A DNA stretch of 64,000 bases from Tepidisphaera sp. (GTDB lineage: Bacteria; Planctomycetota; Phycisphaerae; Phycisphaerales; UBA1924). The notes under the pieces were generated by a model that was not told the origin of the DNA, searched no databases, and worked only from the letters and a program-made list of their open reading frames with translations. The position numbers were made by a program, and so were the translations under genes. Shown piece by piece: positions 49,585-59,381 of this stretch. Position 1 is the stretch's first letter; each line of letters opens with the position of its first letter. The stretch is taken from NCBI GenBank assembly GCA_050916045.1, contig CP051526.1:1792001-1856000 (forward strand), given 5' to 3'.

Positions 49585-51519
49585 ATGCATCGCAACGTTC
49601 AAGCTCACCAAGGCATCGCTGGCTCGGTTCGTCGTTCGTGGTTCAGCGCGGCGCTGGTCGTCGCGGCGTGCGCCGGCTCGGCGCTCGCTTCGGTCCAGGT
49701 TCAGACCGACAACATCATCGCCGAGAGCAACCATCGCGCTCTGGCGGCCCTCGACGCCCAGCCCACGCTCGAGTACGACCCCGGCTCCGTGCTGGTGAAG
49801 TTCTCGACGCAGGGTCGCGGCGCCGATCGCATGATCAGCCAGGCCGCCGCCCTCGTCGGCGGTGAGGTCGTCCAGCGATGGACCGTCGTCCCCGGTCTCG
49901 TTCACCTCACGGTGAACAGCATGAGCGTCGAGGACGCCATCCGCGTTCTCTCCGCCATGCCCGAGGTCGAGTACGCCGAGCCCGACTTCTACGTCCGCGC
50001 TCTCGTCACGCCCAACGACCCCAGCTACGGCCAGCTCTGGGGCATGAACCAGACCAACGATGCCGACATCGACGCGCCGCAGGGCTGGGACATCTTCACG
50101 GGCAACCCGAACTTCGTGGTGGCCGTGATCGACACCGGCATCCAGCGGACCCACCCGGACCTCGCCGCGAACACCTGGGTCAACCCCGGTGAGATCGCCG
50201 GCAACAGCATCGACGACGACGGCAACGGCTTCGTCGACGACCTGTACGGCTGGGACTTCGTCAACAACGACAACAACCCGACGGACGACAACGGCCACGG
50301 CACCCACTGCGCGGGCACGATCGGCGCGGTTGGCAACAACGGCGTCGGCGTCGTCGGCGTGGTGTGGAACACCAAGCTCGCCGCCTGCAAATTCCTCAGT
50401 GCGAGCGGCAGCGGCTCGATCTCCGCGGCCCTCTCCTCGCTTCAGTACTGCATCGGCAAGGGGATCAAAGTCTCCAACAACAGCTGGGGCGGCGGCGGGT
50501 TCAGCCAGTCCATGGCCAACGCCCTCACCACCGCGGCCAACGTCGGCCACATCTTCGTCGCCGCGGCCGGCAACGGCGGGTACAACAACGACACCTCCCC
50601 GTCCTACCCCGCTTCCTACACCAACCCCAACGTGATCGCGGTCGCCGCCACGGCAAGCAACGACACCCTCGCCAGCTTCTCCCAGTTCGGCGCAACCAGC
50701 GTCGACGTCGGCGCCCCCGGCGTCAACATCTACTCGACCTACCCCACCAATAGCTACACCACCCTCTCGGGTACCTCGATGGCCACCCCGCACGTCGCGG
50801 GCGTCGTCACCGCCGTCTACGGCCAGAACCCCTCCTGGACCTACCAGCAGGTGCGTGACCGCATCTATGCCACCGTCCGTCCTGTCGCGGCTCTGAACGG
50901 CCGCTGCGTGACCGGCGGCATGGTCAACCTGCAAGCGGCTCTGGTGAACAACAACAACCCGCCGACGATCAACCTCACCGCTCCGGCCACGAACCTCACC
51001 GTCAACGCCGGCACGGTCATCTCCTACGCGGCGACGGCCAATGACCTCCAGGACGGTAACATCTCGGCGAACATCCGCTGGACCTCGAACCTTCAGGGCC
51101 AGATCGGCACCGGCTCGTCCTTCTCCCACTCGACGCTCATGGTCGGGACGCACACGATCACCGCTTCGATCTCCGACTCGATCGGCTCGACGGCGACCGC
51201 GACCCGCACCGTCGTGGTGAACTCGATCATCGGCAGCCTCCCCGGCGCCCCCAGCTTCCCGCGGTGCTACCGCAGCGGCGCGGGCGTGAACGTGATCTGG
51301 AACGATAACTCCGCCGGCGAGTTCGGATTCCAGATCGAGCGCCAGCAGCGTGTCTCGGGCATCTGGGTCAGCACCACGGTCGTCGGCACCACGGCCGGCA
51401 ATGTCGCGTCCTACTTCGACGTTCCGCCCCTGACCGGGCAGGCCTGGCGCTACCGCGTCCGGGCCTTCAACGGCACGGGCTTCAGCGCCTGGACGCCCTA
51501 CGCGTCCTTCAGCAACTGA
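49585..51519 (+). CDS. S8 subtilisin-like serine peptidase with C-terminal Ig/FN3-like domains
   Basis: VAVIDTG, HGTHCAGT, AAAGN, SGTSMATPHV; AGGAG RBS; signal peptide. Confidence 0.94.
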   Translation: MHRNVQAHQGIAGSVRRSWFSAALVVAACAGSALASVQVQTDNIIAESNHRALAALDAQPTLEYDPGSVLVKFSTQGRGADRMISQAAALVGGEVVQRWTVVPGLVHLTVNSMSVEDAIRVLSAMPEVEYAEPDFYVRALVTPNDPSYGQLWGMNQTNDADIDAPQGWDIFTGNPNFVVAVIDTGIQRTHPDLAANTWVNPGEIAGNSIDDDGNGFVDDLYGWDFVNNDNNPTDDNGHGTHCAGTIGAVGNNGVGVVGVVWNTKLAACKFLSASGSGSISAALSSLQYCIGKGIKVSNNSWGGGGFSQSMANALTTAANVGHIFVAAAGNGGYNNDTSPSYPASYTNPNVIAVAATASNDTLASFSQFGATSVDVGAPGVNIYSTYPTNSYTTLSGTSMATPHVAGVVTAVYGQNPSWTYQQVRDRIYATVRPVAALNGRCVTGGMVNLQAALVNNNNPPTINLTAPATNLTVNAGTVISYAATANDLQDGNISANIRWTSNLQGQIGTGSSFSHSTLMVGTHTITASISDSIGSTATATRTVVVNSIIGSLPGAPSFPRCYRSGAGVNVIWNDNSAGEFGFQIERQQRVSGIWVSTTVVGTTAGNVASYFDVPPLTGQAWRYRVRAFNGTGFSAWTPYASFSN

Positions 51520-51574
51520 TTTCGGCACCCCCGGACAGTTTCTGAACAGATCGGTCCATTCCTAAGCCGGTTCG

Positions 51575-51611
51575 GCGGCCGGGGTCCTCGTGGCTCCGGC
51601 CGCTTTTCTTT
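51575..51611 (+). terminator. Intrinsic terminator of the S8 peptidase gene
   Basis: GCGGCCGGGGTC-loop-GGCTCCGGCCGC followed by TTTTCTTT. Confidence 0.75.
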
Positions 51612-51709
51612 CCCGGGTCGGTTTTTCGGGGCGTGTGAGGGTTGCGGTCTTGCCACGATCCGGCGGAGGGTCTATAGTCTCAGCCCAACCCTTTTCAGGA
51701 GACCGCACG

Positions 51710-52003
51710 ATGGGTGCGACGTGTCACTTCACTGGTAAGCATACGACGTTCGGTAAGATTCGCCGCTGGCGCGGTCAGGCCATCAGCAAGGGCGGCTTCG
51801 GTCTCAAGCCCACGGGCATCACCCGCCGGACGTTCAAGCCGAATCTGCAGACCGTCAACGCCATTATCGAGGACGGCGGCGTCAAGCGCGTCGAGCGCAT
51901 CACCGTCTCCGCCCGCGCGATCCGTCAGGGTCTGGTCGTCAAGCCGCTCAAGCGCAAGTACGGCTACACCCGTCAGCAGAAGGCCGCCGCGGCCAACGCC
52001 TGA
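51710..52003 (+). CDS. rpmB: 50S ribosomal protein L28
   Basis: TCHFTGK...RGQAISKGGFGLKPTGITRRTFKPNLQ; AGGAG RBS. Confidence 0.9.
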   Translation: MGATCHFTGKHTTFGKIRRWRGQAISKGGFGLKPTGITRRTFKPNLQTVNAIIEDGGVKRVERITVSARAIRQGLVVKPLKRKYGYTRQQKAAAANA

Positions 52004-52046
52004 TCTTCAGGCTTCGCCCCGTCCGCGAGCTTTGCTTCGATTTGTC

Positions 52047-52081
52047 ACGACCGGCTCCCTTCGGAGCCGGTCGTTCTTTTT
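52047..52081 (+). terminator. Intrinsic terminator of rpmB
   Basis: ACGACCGGCTCC-CTTC-GGAGCCGGTCGT followed by TCTTTTT. Confidence 0.85.
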
Positions 52082-52148
52082 CCCCGGCGCGAGAGTCTCT
52101 CGATCGCCCCGGCCGCTCCCCCTCGCCCGTCCGCGTAAACTCCGACAG

Positions 52149-52739
52149 ATGAAGTGTGACCACTGCGAGCACGAAGCCACCGTTCACGAGGTTACGATCC
52201 GCGGAGGGGTCAAGGTCGAACGACACCTTTGCCAGTCCTGCGCCTCCGAAGCCGGCATCGTCCCCGGCGACAACGTCTCCCCCCTCGACGTCATGCAGCT
52301 CGCTCTGGAAGCCGCCAGCGCCGCGGCCGATCCCGCCATGCTCGAAGCCGCCCGCGCGGCCAAACGCCCGCCTAAGCCCGCCGCCTGCGGAAGCTGCGGC
52401 ATGACCTGGGAGGACTTCAAGTCTGGCGGCATGCTCGGCTGCCCCAACTGCTACGAAGACTTCGAAAGCAAGCTCCTCCCCCTTATCGAACGGGCCCACG
52501 AAGGCGCCTCACAGCACGTCGGCAAGCTTCCCGCCCGGGCCGCCGGACAGGCCGCCGGAAGTCGCTCCCGCGCCATGGCCGCACTCGTCGAGGAACGGGC
52601 TCAGCGACTCTCCGCCCTCCGCCGCTTGCTCGATGACGCCGTGAAAGCCGAGCAGTACGAACGTGCCGCCCAGCTCCGCGATGAGCTCCGTCGCCTCAGC
52701 GACCAGGTGCCCGACCTCACCTCAGGGAGTGAGCCATGA
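52149..52739 (+). CDS. mcsA: McsA-like activator of protein arginine kinase (CxxC motifs + UVR domain)
   Basis: CDHC, HLCQSC, CGSCG, LGCPNCY, AVKAEQYERAAQLRDEL. Confidence 0.9.
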   Translation: MKCDHCEHEATVHEVTIRGGVKVERHLCQSCASEAGIVPGDNVSPLDVMQLALEAASAAADPAMLEAARAAKRPPKPAACGSCGMTWEDFKSGGMLGCPNCYEDFESKLLPLIERAHEGASQHVGKLPARAAGQAAGSRSRAMAALVEERAQRLSALRRLLDDAVKAEQYERAAQLRDELRRLSDQVPDLTSGSEP

Positions 52740-53863
52740 CGCCCGCCCCTGCTTCGCCAAGCGGTGAGCCCCTGCCCGGCGGCCTGGATGCTTCCAGCGT
52801 CGAATGGCTCCGCGGAGATGGAAATCACGCCGACGTCGTCCTCTCTTCCCGCGTGCGACTGGCCCGCAACCTCGCCGGATTTCCCTTCGCCGTCCGGATG
52901 GATGAGACCCAGCGTCTCCGCGTCATGGATCTCACCCGCGAAGCGATCCGACACTCACTCCGCGGCACGAACGCGGGCACCGGCCTCGCGTGGGTCAACG
53001 TCCACGAGACCTCGCCGTCGCAGCGTGCCCTCCTCGTCGAACGCCACCTCATCAGCAAGCAGCTTCAGCGCGGACGCGCGGCGGCCATCGGCGAAGACCC
53101 CCGCGGCGCCGCGATCTCCCTCCCCTCCGAACGACTCTCCATCATGGTCAACGAGGAGGATCACGTCCGCATCCAGATCGTCCGCAGCGGCCTGGATCTC
53201 GCGGACGCCTGGAAGCAGGCCGGCGAAGTCGACGACGCGCTCGAGTCCGTTCTCGATTACGCCTATTCGCCGCGACTGGGATTCCTCACCGCCTGCCCGA
53301 CCAATCTCGGCACCGGCATGCGCATGAGCGTCATGCTCCACCTTCCCGCTCTTCGCATGACCGGAGACATCGAGAAGGTCAAGAAAGCCGCCAGCGACAT
53401 GTGCCTCGCCGTCCGCGGCTTCTACGGCGAAGGTTCCGAAGCCGCCGGCGACCTCTACCAGATCTCCAACCAGACCACCCTCGGCAAAACCGAAGCCATG
53501 GTCCTCGCAGAACTCCACGAGCACATCATCCCCCAGGTCGCCGAGTACGAACGCGTCGCCCGCCGGGCTCTCCTCGCCAAGCGCACGCCCCTGCTCCACG
53601 ATCAGGTTTTCCGCGCCCTGGGCACCCTGCGTCACGCCCGGCTGATGAAGGTCGAGGAAGCCATGCAGCACCTCAGCCTCGTTCGCCTCGGCGTCGTCTC
53701 CGGCGTGCTCTCGTCCGCGCTTCCCTCACTCGACCTTCGCGCTGCGAACCAGCTCCTGCTTCTCATCCAGCCCGCGCACCTGCAGCGCACCCTCGGCCGC
53801 GACATGGAGCAGGACGCCCGCGCCGAAGCACGCGCGACACTCCTCCGCGATCGCCTCGCCTGA
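52736..53863 (+). CDS. mcsB: Protein arginine kinase McsB
   Basis: SSRVRLARN, LVERHLIS, NEEDH, TACPTNLGTG, RGFYGEG, QISNQTTLG. Confidence 0.93.
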   Translation: MTPAPASPSGEPLPGGLDASSVEWLRGDGNHADVVLSSRVRLARNLAGFPFAVRMDETQRLRVMDLTREAIRHSLRGTNAGTGLAWVNVHETSPSQRALLVERHLISKQLQRGRAAAIGEDPRGAAISLPSERLSIMVNEEDHVRIQIVRSGLDLADAWKQAGEVDDALESVLDYAYSPRLGFLTACPTNLGTGMRMSVMLHLPALRMTGDIEKVKKAASDMCLAVRGFYGEGSEAAGDLYQISNQTTLGKTEAMVLAELHEHIIPQVAEYERVARRALLAKRTPLLHDQVFRALGTLRHARLMKVEEAMQHLSLVRLGVVSGVLSSALPSLDLRAANQLLLLIQPAHLQRTLGRDMEQDARAEARATLLRDRLA

Positions 53864-53902
53864 GCCCGCCTCGCCTGATTCACATAAACCCGAACTGGAT
53901 TT

Positions 53903-54958
53903 TCAGGATTCCGCCGCCGCCGGGCTGCTCCACTTCGCCGGCTGCTCGGACTTGGGATGGAGCATCGTCCAGAGCTTCTCCACCAGTTCCTTGAGGTGCA
54001 GACGCGTCGCGCCGCTGATCGCCATCACTTCCTTGTCCGGCCGCATCCCAAGCGACTTGCACAGGTCCAGCAGCGCCCGCTTGCGGGCTTTGTCGTCCGC
54101 TAGCACGTCGACCTTGTTGAGGACGACAAGCTCCGGACGTTCGGAAAGCTCGACCGAGTAGGCTTTGAGTTCCTCGCGGATCGTGTTGTAATTGTCCGCG
54201 GGGTCGCTGCCGTCCGGCGGGTCGCAGTCCAGCAAGTGCACCAGGATCTTCGTCCGCTCGACGTGCCGCAGGAAGTCGTGGCCAAGCCCCGCACCCTTGC
54301 TCGCGCCCTCGATCAGCCCCGGGATGTCCGCGAGAATGATCCGGCGTTCCGCATCCACCTCGACGATGCCAAGCTGCGGCGAAAGCGTCGTGAAGGGATA
54401 GTCCGCGATCTTCGGATTCGCCTTGGTGAGGGCTTTGAGAAGCGTGCTCTTGCCCGCGTTGGGCATGCCGATGAAACCCACCTCGGCGATGAGTTTGAGC
54501 TCAAGGCGAACCTCGAAGCCCTCGCCCTCCTGCCCTTCGGTTGCGGTCCGCGGCGTCTGGTTGGTCGAGTGCTTGAAGTGCTCGTTGCCCCAGCCGCCCT
54601 TGCCGCCGCGTGCGATGATCGCCCGCTCGTTCGGCTTGAGGTCGTGGATGAGCTCGCCGGTCTTGTGGTTGAAGATCTGGGTGCCGGGTGGCAGCTTGAG
54701 GATGAGGTCAAACCCGTCCCCGCCGGTGCACTGTTTGAACCCGCCGCTTTCGCCATCCTGCGCGGCGTACATCGATTCGTACCGGAGGTCGTAGAGGGTG
54801 GTCATCCCGCTTTCGGCCTGCGCAATGACATCCCCGCCCTTTCCGCCGTTCCCACCGTTGGGACCGCCCTTGGGCTCGAACTTCTCACGGCGGAAGGAGA
54901 CTTTACCATCTCCCCCGCGGCCAGCTTTGATCATGATAACGGCTTGGTCGACAAACAC
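53903..54958 (-). CDS. obgE: GTPase ObgE
   Basis: FVDQA, Gly-rich Obg domain, GMPNAGKST, YPFTT, DIPG, NKVD; GTG start 54958. Confidence 0.96.
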   Translation of the reverse strand: MFVDQAVIMIKAGRGGDGKVSFRREKFEPKGGPNGGNGGKGGDVIAQAESGMTTLYDLRYESMYAAQDGESGGFKQCTGGDGFDLILKLPPGTQIFNHKTGELIHDLKPNERAIIARGGKGGWGNEHFKHSTNQTPRTATEGQEGEGFEVRLELKLIAEVGFIGMPNAGKSTLLKALTKANPKIADYPFTTLSPQLGIVEVDAERRIILADIPGLIEGASKGAGLGHDFLRHVERTKILVHLLDCDPPDGSDPADNYNTIREELKAYSVELSERPELVVLNKVDVLADDKARKRALLDLCKSLGMRPDKEVMAISGATRLHLKELVEKLWTMLHPKSEQPAKWSSPAAAES

Positions 54959-55014
54959 GCCGGATGATAGGGGCGCTGGAGGCTTCACGCTGAAATCGCG
55001 AGAAACCAGCCCGC

Positions 55015-55407
55015 TCACGCCGCGCGGCGATCAAAGTGGTTCGCGATCACGCGGTGAAGCTTGAGTTCATCCCCCTCACGCTCAAACCGCGTGAACGCCA
55101 CCGCCATCCGGACCGGCCCCACGTCCGAATCGTCGAGCCACACGACGTTTCCCGTCACGCGGACCTTCCGCTGCGCCTCGCCCAGCGACGCCGGAAGCGT
55201 GATCTCCACCGTGACCGACGTCCCGGGATCGATGCACCGATCCAGCTCGAACATCACCCCGCCCACCGACAGGTCGTACGCGTGCCCGGTCATCGCACGC
55301 CCGCGACCGCCGAGCGGCTTGACCGCGATCGGCGTGTATCCCGCCGGGAGGTTCATGCGGTCGGTGCGGCGACGGTTGTCGTGCGATTCGTTGACGCTGC
55401 TGGACAT
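55015..55407 (-). CDS. PilZ domain protein
   Basis: RRTDR (RxxxR) and DLSVGG (DxSxxG) c-di-GMP motifs. Confidence 0.8.
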   Translation of the reverse strand: MSSSVNESHDNRRRTDRMNLPAGYTPIAVKPLGGRGRAMTGHAYDLSVGGVMFELDRCIDPGTSVTVEITLPASLGEAQRKVRVTGNVVWLDDSDVGPVRMAVAFTRFEREGDELKLHRVIANHFDRRAA

Positions 55408-55546
55408 GGCCCGATCTCCCGGAATCTTGAGCGGCGACAGGCCGCGATACCGGTGGTATCGGTCATGCCGAGTGACCGCCCGATACCGCTGGGAACGAAA
55501 ACAACGCCCAGGGTGGGTTTATGACGGACCGAGAACCGCTGGAGCC

Positions 55547-56419
55547 TCAGTCGCCGCCCGGGTCCGCCGCTCGGAGCGTCTGGACGCCGCATTCAGGGCA
55601 CCGGACGGTCCCCAACGGGAGGCCCTCCAAGGTGTAACCGCAGGCTTCGCACCAGTCGATCTTTTTCGCCACGCGGGGCCCGCACTGCGGGCACGGCTCG
55701 CCGGGGACGAGGAACGCGTACCCACAGGTGTCGCAAACGGTCTCGGGCGCGCCGCGGAGCATGGCCGCGACTGAAATGCCCACCATGCTCGCGACCGAGA
55801 CCAACGTCAATAGCAACCAAGGTCCCCAGCCGAGAGACTGAATGTTGACGAACGCGACGACGACCACCGCCATCAGACCGATCTGGATCACGCACCCCAT
55901 GCCGCGCCAGAACCAGCCCTGGACCGGCGCTGCGTCGCTCCCCGACTGATCGACTTCTCCGACGCCCGCTTTCAAAGAGACCGCGGCGTCGATCTTGGCG
56001 GCTGACGGTCGGCGGGAAGTCCCGCACTCGGGGCACAATGCGATCGAAGCCGGCAACCTCTCGAGCGAGTATCCGCACGCGGGGCACGTCGTGAGTTGGC
56101 TGCAGTGCGGGCAGACTTGCTCTTCCGGCAGGAACCAGTACCCGCAGGTTCTGCACGCGCCGTTGAACGGCCTCGCTCCGCGCATCATCCAGACGATGAT
56201 GGCAAAGACCGCGCCGATGCAAATGAGCGAAGCCGAGCAGAACCAGTTCGAGCGTGTCTGGAACAGGGCGGAGTTCGGGCCTCCGCTGGGGGCGGAGGAC
56301 GCCCAGCCCCAGAACGCGGCGGAATAGCCGAACAGGAGGGCAAGCAGGATGAGCACGACTTGAGCGGTGCAACCGATCGTCGTGCCGATCCATCGTCGGT
56401 TTCGAGGAGTCTGACGCAT
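55547..56419 (-). CDS. Membrane protein with four zinc ribbons, duplicated 2TM + double-ribbon module
   Basis: CRTCGY..CPHC, CPACGY..CPECG, CDTCGY..CPQCG, CEACGY..CPECG. Confidence 0.75.
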   Translation of the reverse strand: MRQTPRNRRWIGTTIGCTAQVVLILLALLFGYSAAFWGWASSAPSGGPNSALFQTRSNWFCSASLICIGAVFAIIVWMMRGARPFNGACRTCGYWFLPEEQVCPHCSQLTTCPACGYSLERLPASIALCPECGTSRRPSAAKIDAAVSLKAGVGEVDQSGSDAAPVQGWFWRGMGCVIQIGLMAVVVVAFVNIQSLGWGPWLLLTLVSVASMVGISVAAMLRGAPETVCDTCGYAFLVPGEPCPQCGPRVAKKIDWCEACGYTLEGLPLGTVRCPECGVQTLRAADPGGD

Positions 56420-56480
56420 GACGAGAGCTTGGTGAGGCTGTCTCTTCGCGTAGTGGGAAAGGAACGACCTCGGCCTTGAC

Positions 56481-56951
56481 CTACGTCCGTTTCGCCACAA
56501 CCTGCAGCGTCACGCGGTCAATCGTCACGCCCATCCGCTTGGCGATCTCTTCCAGCGCGGACTTGGGCAGCGAGTCCAAAAGCTCTCGCGACAGATCTTC
56601 GGGCAGGTCGACGACCTGGCCGTCGGCGGCAAGGAGGTGAGCGTGGCTGCTCGTGTCCGCGTCAAACCGGCAGGGGCCGGAGACGCTCGGCAAGCGGTGG
56701 GCAAGCCCGGCGTCGCAGAGGGCATCCAGCGTGTTGTAGACGGTGGCGAGGCTGAGGTCGCAGTCGCAAGGCGTGCCGCCGATGGGCTGCTGCCCCGCGT
56801 GGGCGCGGCTGACCGAGTGGTAGATCTCATCCGCCGTCGGGTGGGCTTTGGTCGCCGCCAGAGCGGCGTACACCACCTCGCGCTGCTTGGTGTGACGCAG
56901 CGACCGCTCGCGGAAGATCTCCCGGATGGCTTCGGTGGACAGGTTCAGCAC
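56481..56951 (-). CDS. Fur-family transcriptional regulator (PerR/Irr-like)
   Basis: TKQR, HPTADEIY, SLATVYNTL, RFDA, HAH; lacks the usual C-terminal CxxC pairs. Confidence 0.85.
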   Translation of the reverse strand: MLNLSTEAIREIFRERSLRHTKQREVVYAALAATKAHPTADEIYHSVSRAHAGQQPIGGTPCDCDLSLATVYNTLDALCDAGLAHRLPSVSGPCRFDADTSSHAHLLAADGQVVDLPEDLSRELLDSLPKSALEEIAKRMGVTIDRVTLQVVAKRT

Positions 56952-56993
56952 AAGCTGAATTCTAGGCTCCCGGCGATGCCCGCCCCCCGGGGC

Positions 56994-58343
56994 CTACTCC
57001 ACGGCGTTCATGAACAGGCCGGTTGCGAGTTTGGGGTAGAAGAAGGTCGATTTCTGGGGCATCAGCTCGTTGGCTTTACTCACCGCCCGGACGGACTCAA
57101 GCGGGGTCGGCCGGACGACGATGGCGATCTGGGCAAACCCACCGCCTCCGCCCGAGCCGGTCTCGAGCCCCTTGCCAATCTCCTGCACTTCCTCGACCGA
57201 GTGCGGGAAAGCCCACTTCACCGGCTCGCCGCCGTTGAGCTTGGGCTGGCAGATGTCTTCGACGATCGCGTGCTGGATGATCGCGACATCAAGCTCTCGC
57301 CACGCTTTGGGCTTGGTTGGGAAGCGAGCCTGAAGCGGGTCGGGCCGCACGAGTGTGGCGACGAAGTTGCGGCCGGTCTTGAAGTCCACCAGCCCGAGGA
57401 CGCACGCGTGGCTTCCCGGCATGGAAGTGGGGGCCGAGGTCACCATCGCTTCCTCAAGCCGCTTGGCGTCGGCCGGCGCGGGTCGGATATCGAGCAGGTT
57501 CTTCGTCGCTTCCGCGAACGCCTCGAACGTGTACCCCTTCATCCCGCCCAGCACGCGGTGTGTCGGGCCGATGACCAGGCCCGGGTCCGACATGCTGACG
57601 AGGACGAACATGCACCGCCGCGCGGGGTGGTCCGTCGGCGTGGGCCCCAGGCCCTGCAGGTAGTTGAGCGCCGTGGTGTATCGGTGGTGCCCGTCCGCGA
57701 TGAAGATGTCTTCGCCGGCGAGCGCGTCCGCATAAGCCTTGATCGACGCGTCATCATCCACCGTCCAGACCTCGTGCCTCACCTGGTCCAGCGGAGAGAC
57801 GGCGTGCATGTCCGCCCGGCGTGAGTCCATGATCCGGCGCACATGCGTGGTCGCGACGCCCTTGTCGTCTGGGTGCAGGCCGAAGATCGGCGAAAGCTGC
57901 GTCTTGGTCGCTTTCATTAGAGCCATCCGGTCCTCCTTGGGACCGCTGAAGGTCTGTTCGTGCGGCAGGATGCCCCCGCCGGCCCGGGGGCCGAAGGGAA
58001 CGATGTCGAGCGTGCACGCCATGCCGCAGCGCTGGTGCTGGCGACCGTTCATGGTGAAGGTCTGCCGGTAGGCGAAGATCGCGGGCTTGTCTCGGCGGGT
58101 GATGTGTCCGGACTGCTGTGCGGCGCGGAGGGCGCTCCCCGCCGCTTCGTACGCCGAGGGAGGGCCGAGTTCCTTCGCCGGGACGTGCGGCAGGTCGATC
58201 GCGACGATGTTTCGCGCGTCCTTGCCGAGAAGAGACTGCTTGCCGCGGAGGTCCAGAACGTCGTACGGCGGCGCGATCACCGCGGAGACATCGCCAGTGC
58301 CTTTGAAGAACTGAAGAGCGCGGAACGGGTGGATCGCGGGCAT
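56994..58343 (-). CDS. DUF1015 family protein
   Basis: PPYDV, ILPHEQT, IADGHHRY, MPQKSTFFYPKL. Confidence 0.88.
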   Translation of the reverse strand: MPAIHPFRALQFFKGTGDVSAVIAPPYDVLDLRGKQSLLGKDARNIVAIDLPHVPAKELGPPSAYEAAGSALRAAQQSGHITRRDKPAIFAYRQTFTMNGRQHQRCGMACTLDIVPFGPRAGGGILPHEQTFSGPKEDRMALMKATKTQLSPIFGLHPDDKGVATTHVRRIMDSRRADMHAVSPLDQVRHEVWTVDDDASIKAYADALAGEDIFIADGHHRYTTALNYLQGLGPTPTDHPARRCMFVLVSMSDPGLVIGPTHRVLGGMKGYTFEAFAEATKNLLDIRPAPADAKRLEEAMVTSAPTSMPGSHACVLGLVDFKTGRNFVATLVRPDPLQARFPTKPKAWRELDVAIIQHAIVEDICQPKLNGGEPVKWAFPHSVEEVQEIGKGLETGSGGGGGFAQIAIVVRPTPLESVRAVSKANELMPQKSTFFYPKLATGLFMNAVE

Positions 58344-58412
58344 GGGGACTCCTTCGCGGAGAGTGTAACGAATCTGCTCCCGGCCTTCAAGCCTCGCCGA
58401 ACCTCCGGGCTT

Positions 58413-59288
58413 TCACGGGGGAGCGATGGTCAGCACGCCCCGCCAGATCAGGACGCCCAGGACAAGGCTGAGCGCGATCCGGTACCAGCCGAAGGGCGTC
58501 AGGCCGCGGCGGTTGAGGAAGCCGACGAGCCAACGCACCGCGATGGCGGCGGAGATGGCGGCGACGACGATGCCGATGATGGCGTTGCCGGTGCCGAGGG
58601 CTTCGAAGACGTTGGGGCCTCCGGATTTCTTGGCTTGGCTGAGGTTTTTGTAGAGGTCGTAGGCGCAGGCCGCCCCGAGGGTGGGCAGGCCGAGGAGGAA
58701 GGAGAACTCCGCGGCGGCGGCGGGGCGCAGGCCGGTGAGGCATCCGCCGGCGATGGTCATCATCGAGCGGCTGGTGCCGGGCCACATGGCGACGCACTGG
58801 AAGCAGCCGATGAGGAGAGCTTGCCGGGGCGAAAGGTCGGTGATTTCGAGCTCGCGGTGGCGGCGGAGGCCGAAGCGGCCCTTGCGCCAAGCGTCGATCC
58901 ACATCATGAAGAGACCGCCGACGAACAACGCGGCGACGACGGGTTTGGGGTGGAAGAGGGCGTTCTTGATCGCTTTGCTGAGCAGGAACCCGAGCACGGC
59001 GGCGGGGAGAAAGGCGAGCACGAGGTTGAAGAAGAGGGCGGCCCCGTGGGGGTCTTTGCCGAGCAGGCCGCGGGCCATCTGGACGATGCGGGACCAGTAG
59101 AGGCCGACCACCGCGAGGATCGCTCCCCCCTGAATGATGATGTTGAAGTCATCGACCGCGTCCTTCACCTCGGGCTTGTCCAAGCCGAGGAGCGCGGAGG
59201 TCAGGATCAGGTGTCCCGTCGAGGAGATCGGAAGAAACTCGGTGATCCCTTCGACCAAGCCGAGGATGAGAGCGTGCCACCACGTCAT
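58413..59288 (-). CDS. uppP: Undecaprenyl-diphosphate phosphatase (BacA)
   Basis: GLVEGITEFLPISSTGHL, PGTSRS, AAEFSFLLG, FGWYRI. Confidence 0.95.
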   Translation of the reverse strand: MTWWHALILGLVEGITEFLPISSTGHLILTSALLGLDKPEVKDAVDDFNIIIQGGAILAVVGLYWSRIVQMARGLLGKDPHGAALFFNLVLAFLPAAVLGFLLSKAIKNALFHPKPVVAALFVGGLFMMWIDAWRKGRFGLRRHRELEITDLSPRQALLIGCFQCVAMWPGTSRSMMTIAGGCLTGLRPAAAAEFSFLLGLPTLGAACAYDLYKNLSQAKKSGGPNVFEALGTGNAIIGIVVAAISAAIAVRWLVGFLNRRGLTPFGWYRIALSLVLGVLIWRGVLTIAPP

Positions 59289-59381
59289 GCGGAGTCCTTC
59301 CTGCTTCCACCCCCCGCGCCCGGCCCGGACGCGACGGCGAGTGTAGCAGCGAGCGGATGCTCGATGCTTGAGATGACCCGA

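Noticed and set aside
55440..55490. CGATACC direct/inverted repeats upstream of the PilZ gene as a sigma28 promoter
   Set aside because: CCGATA-like -10 present but no matching -35 at the right spacing
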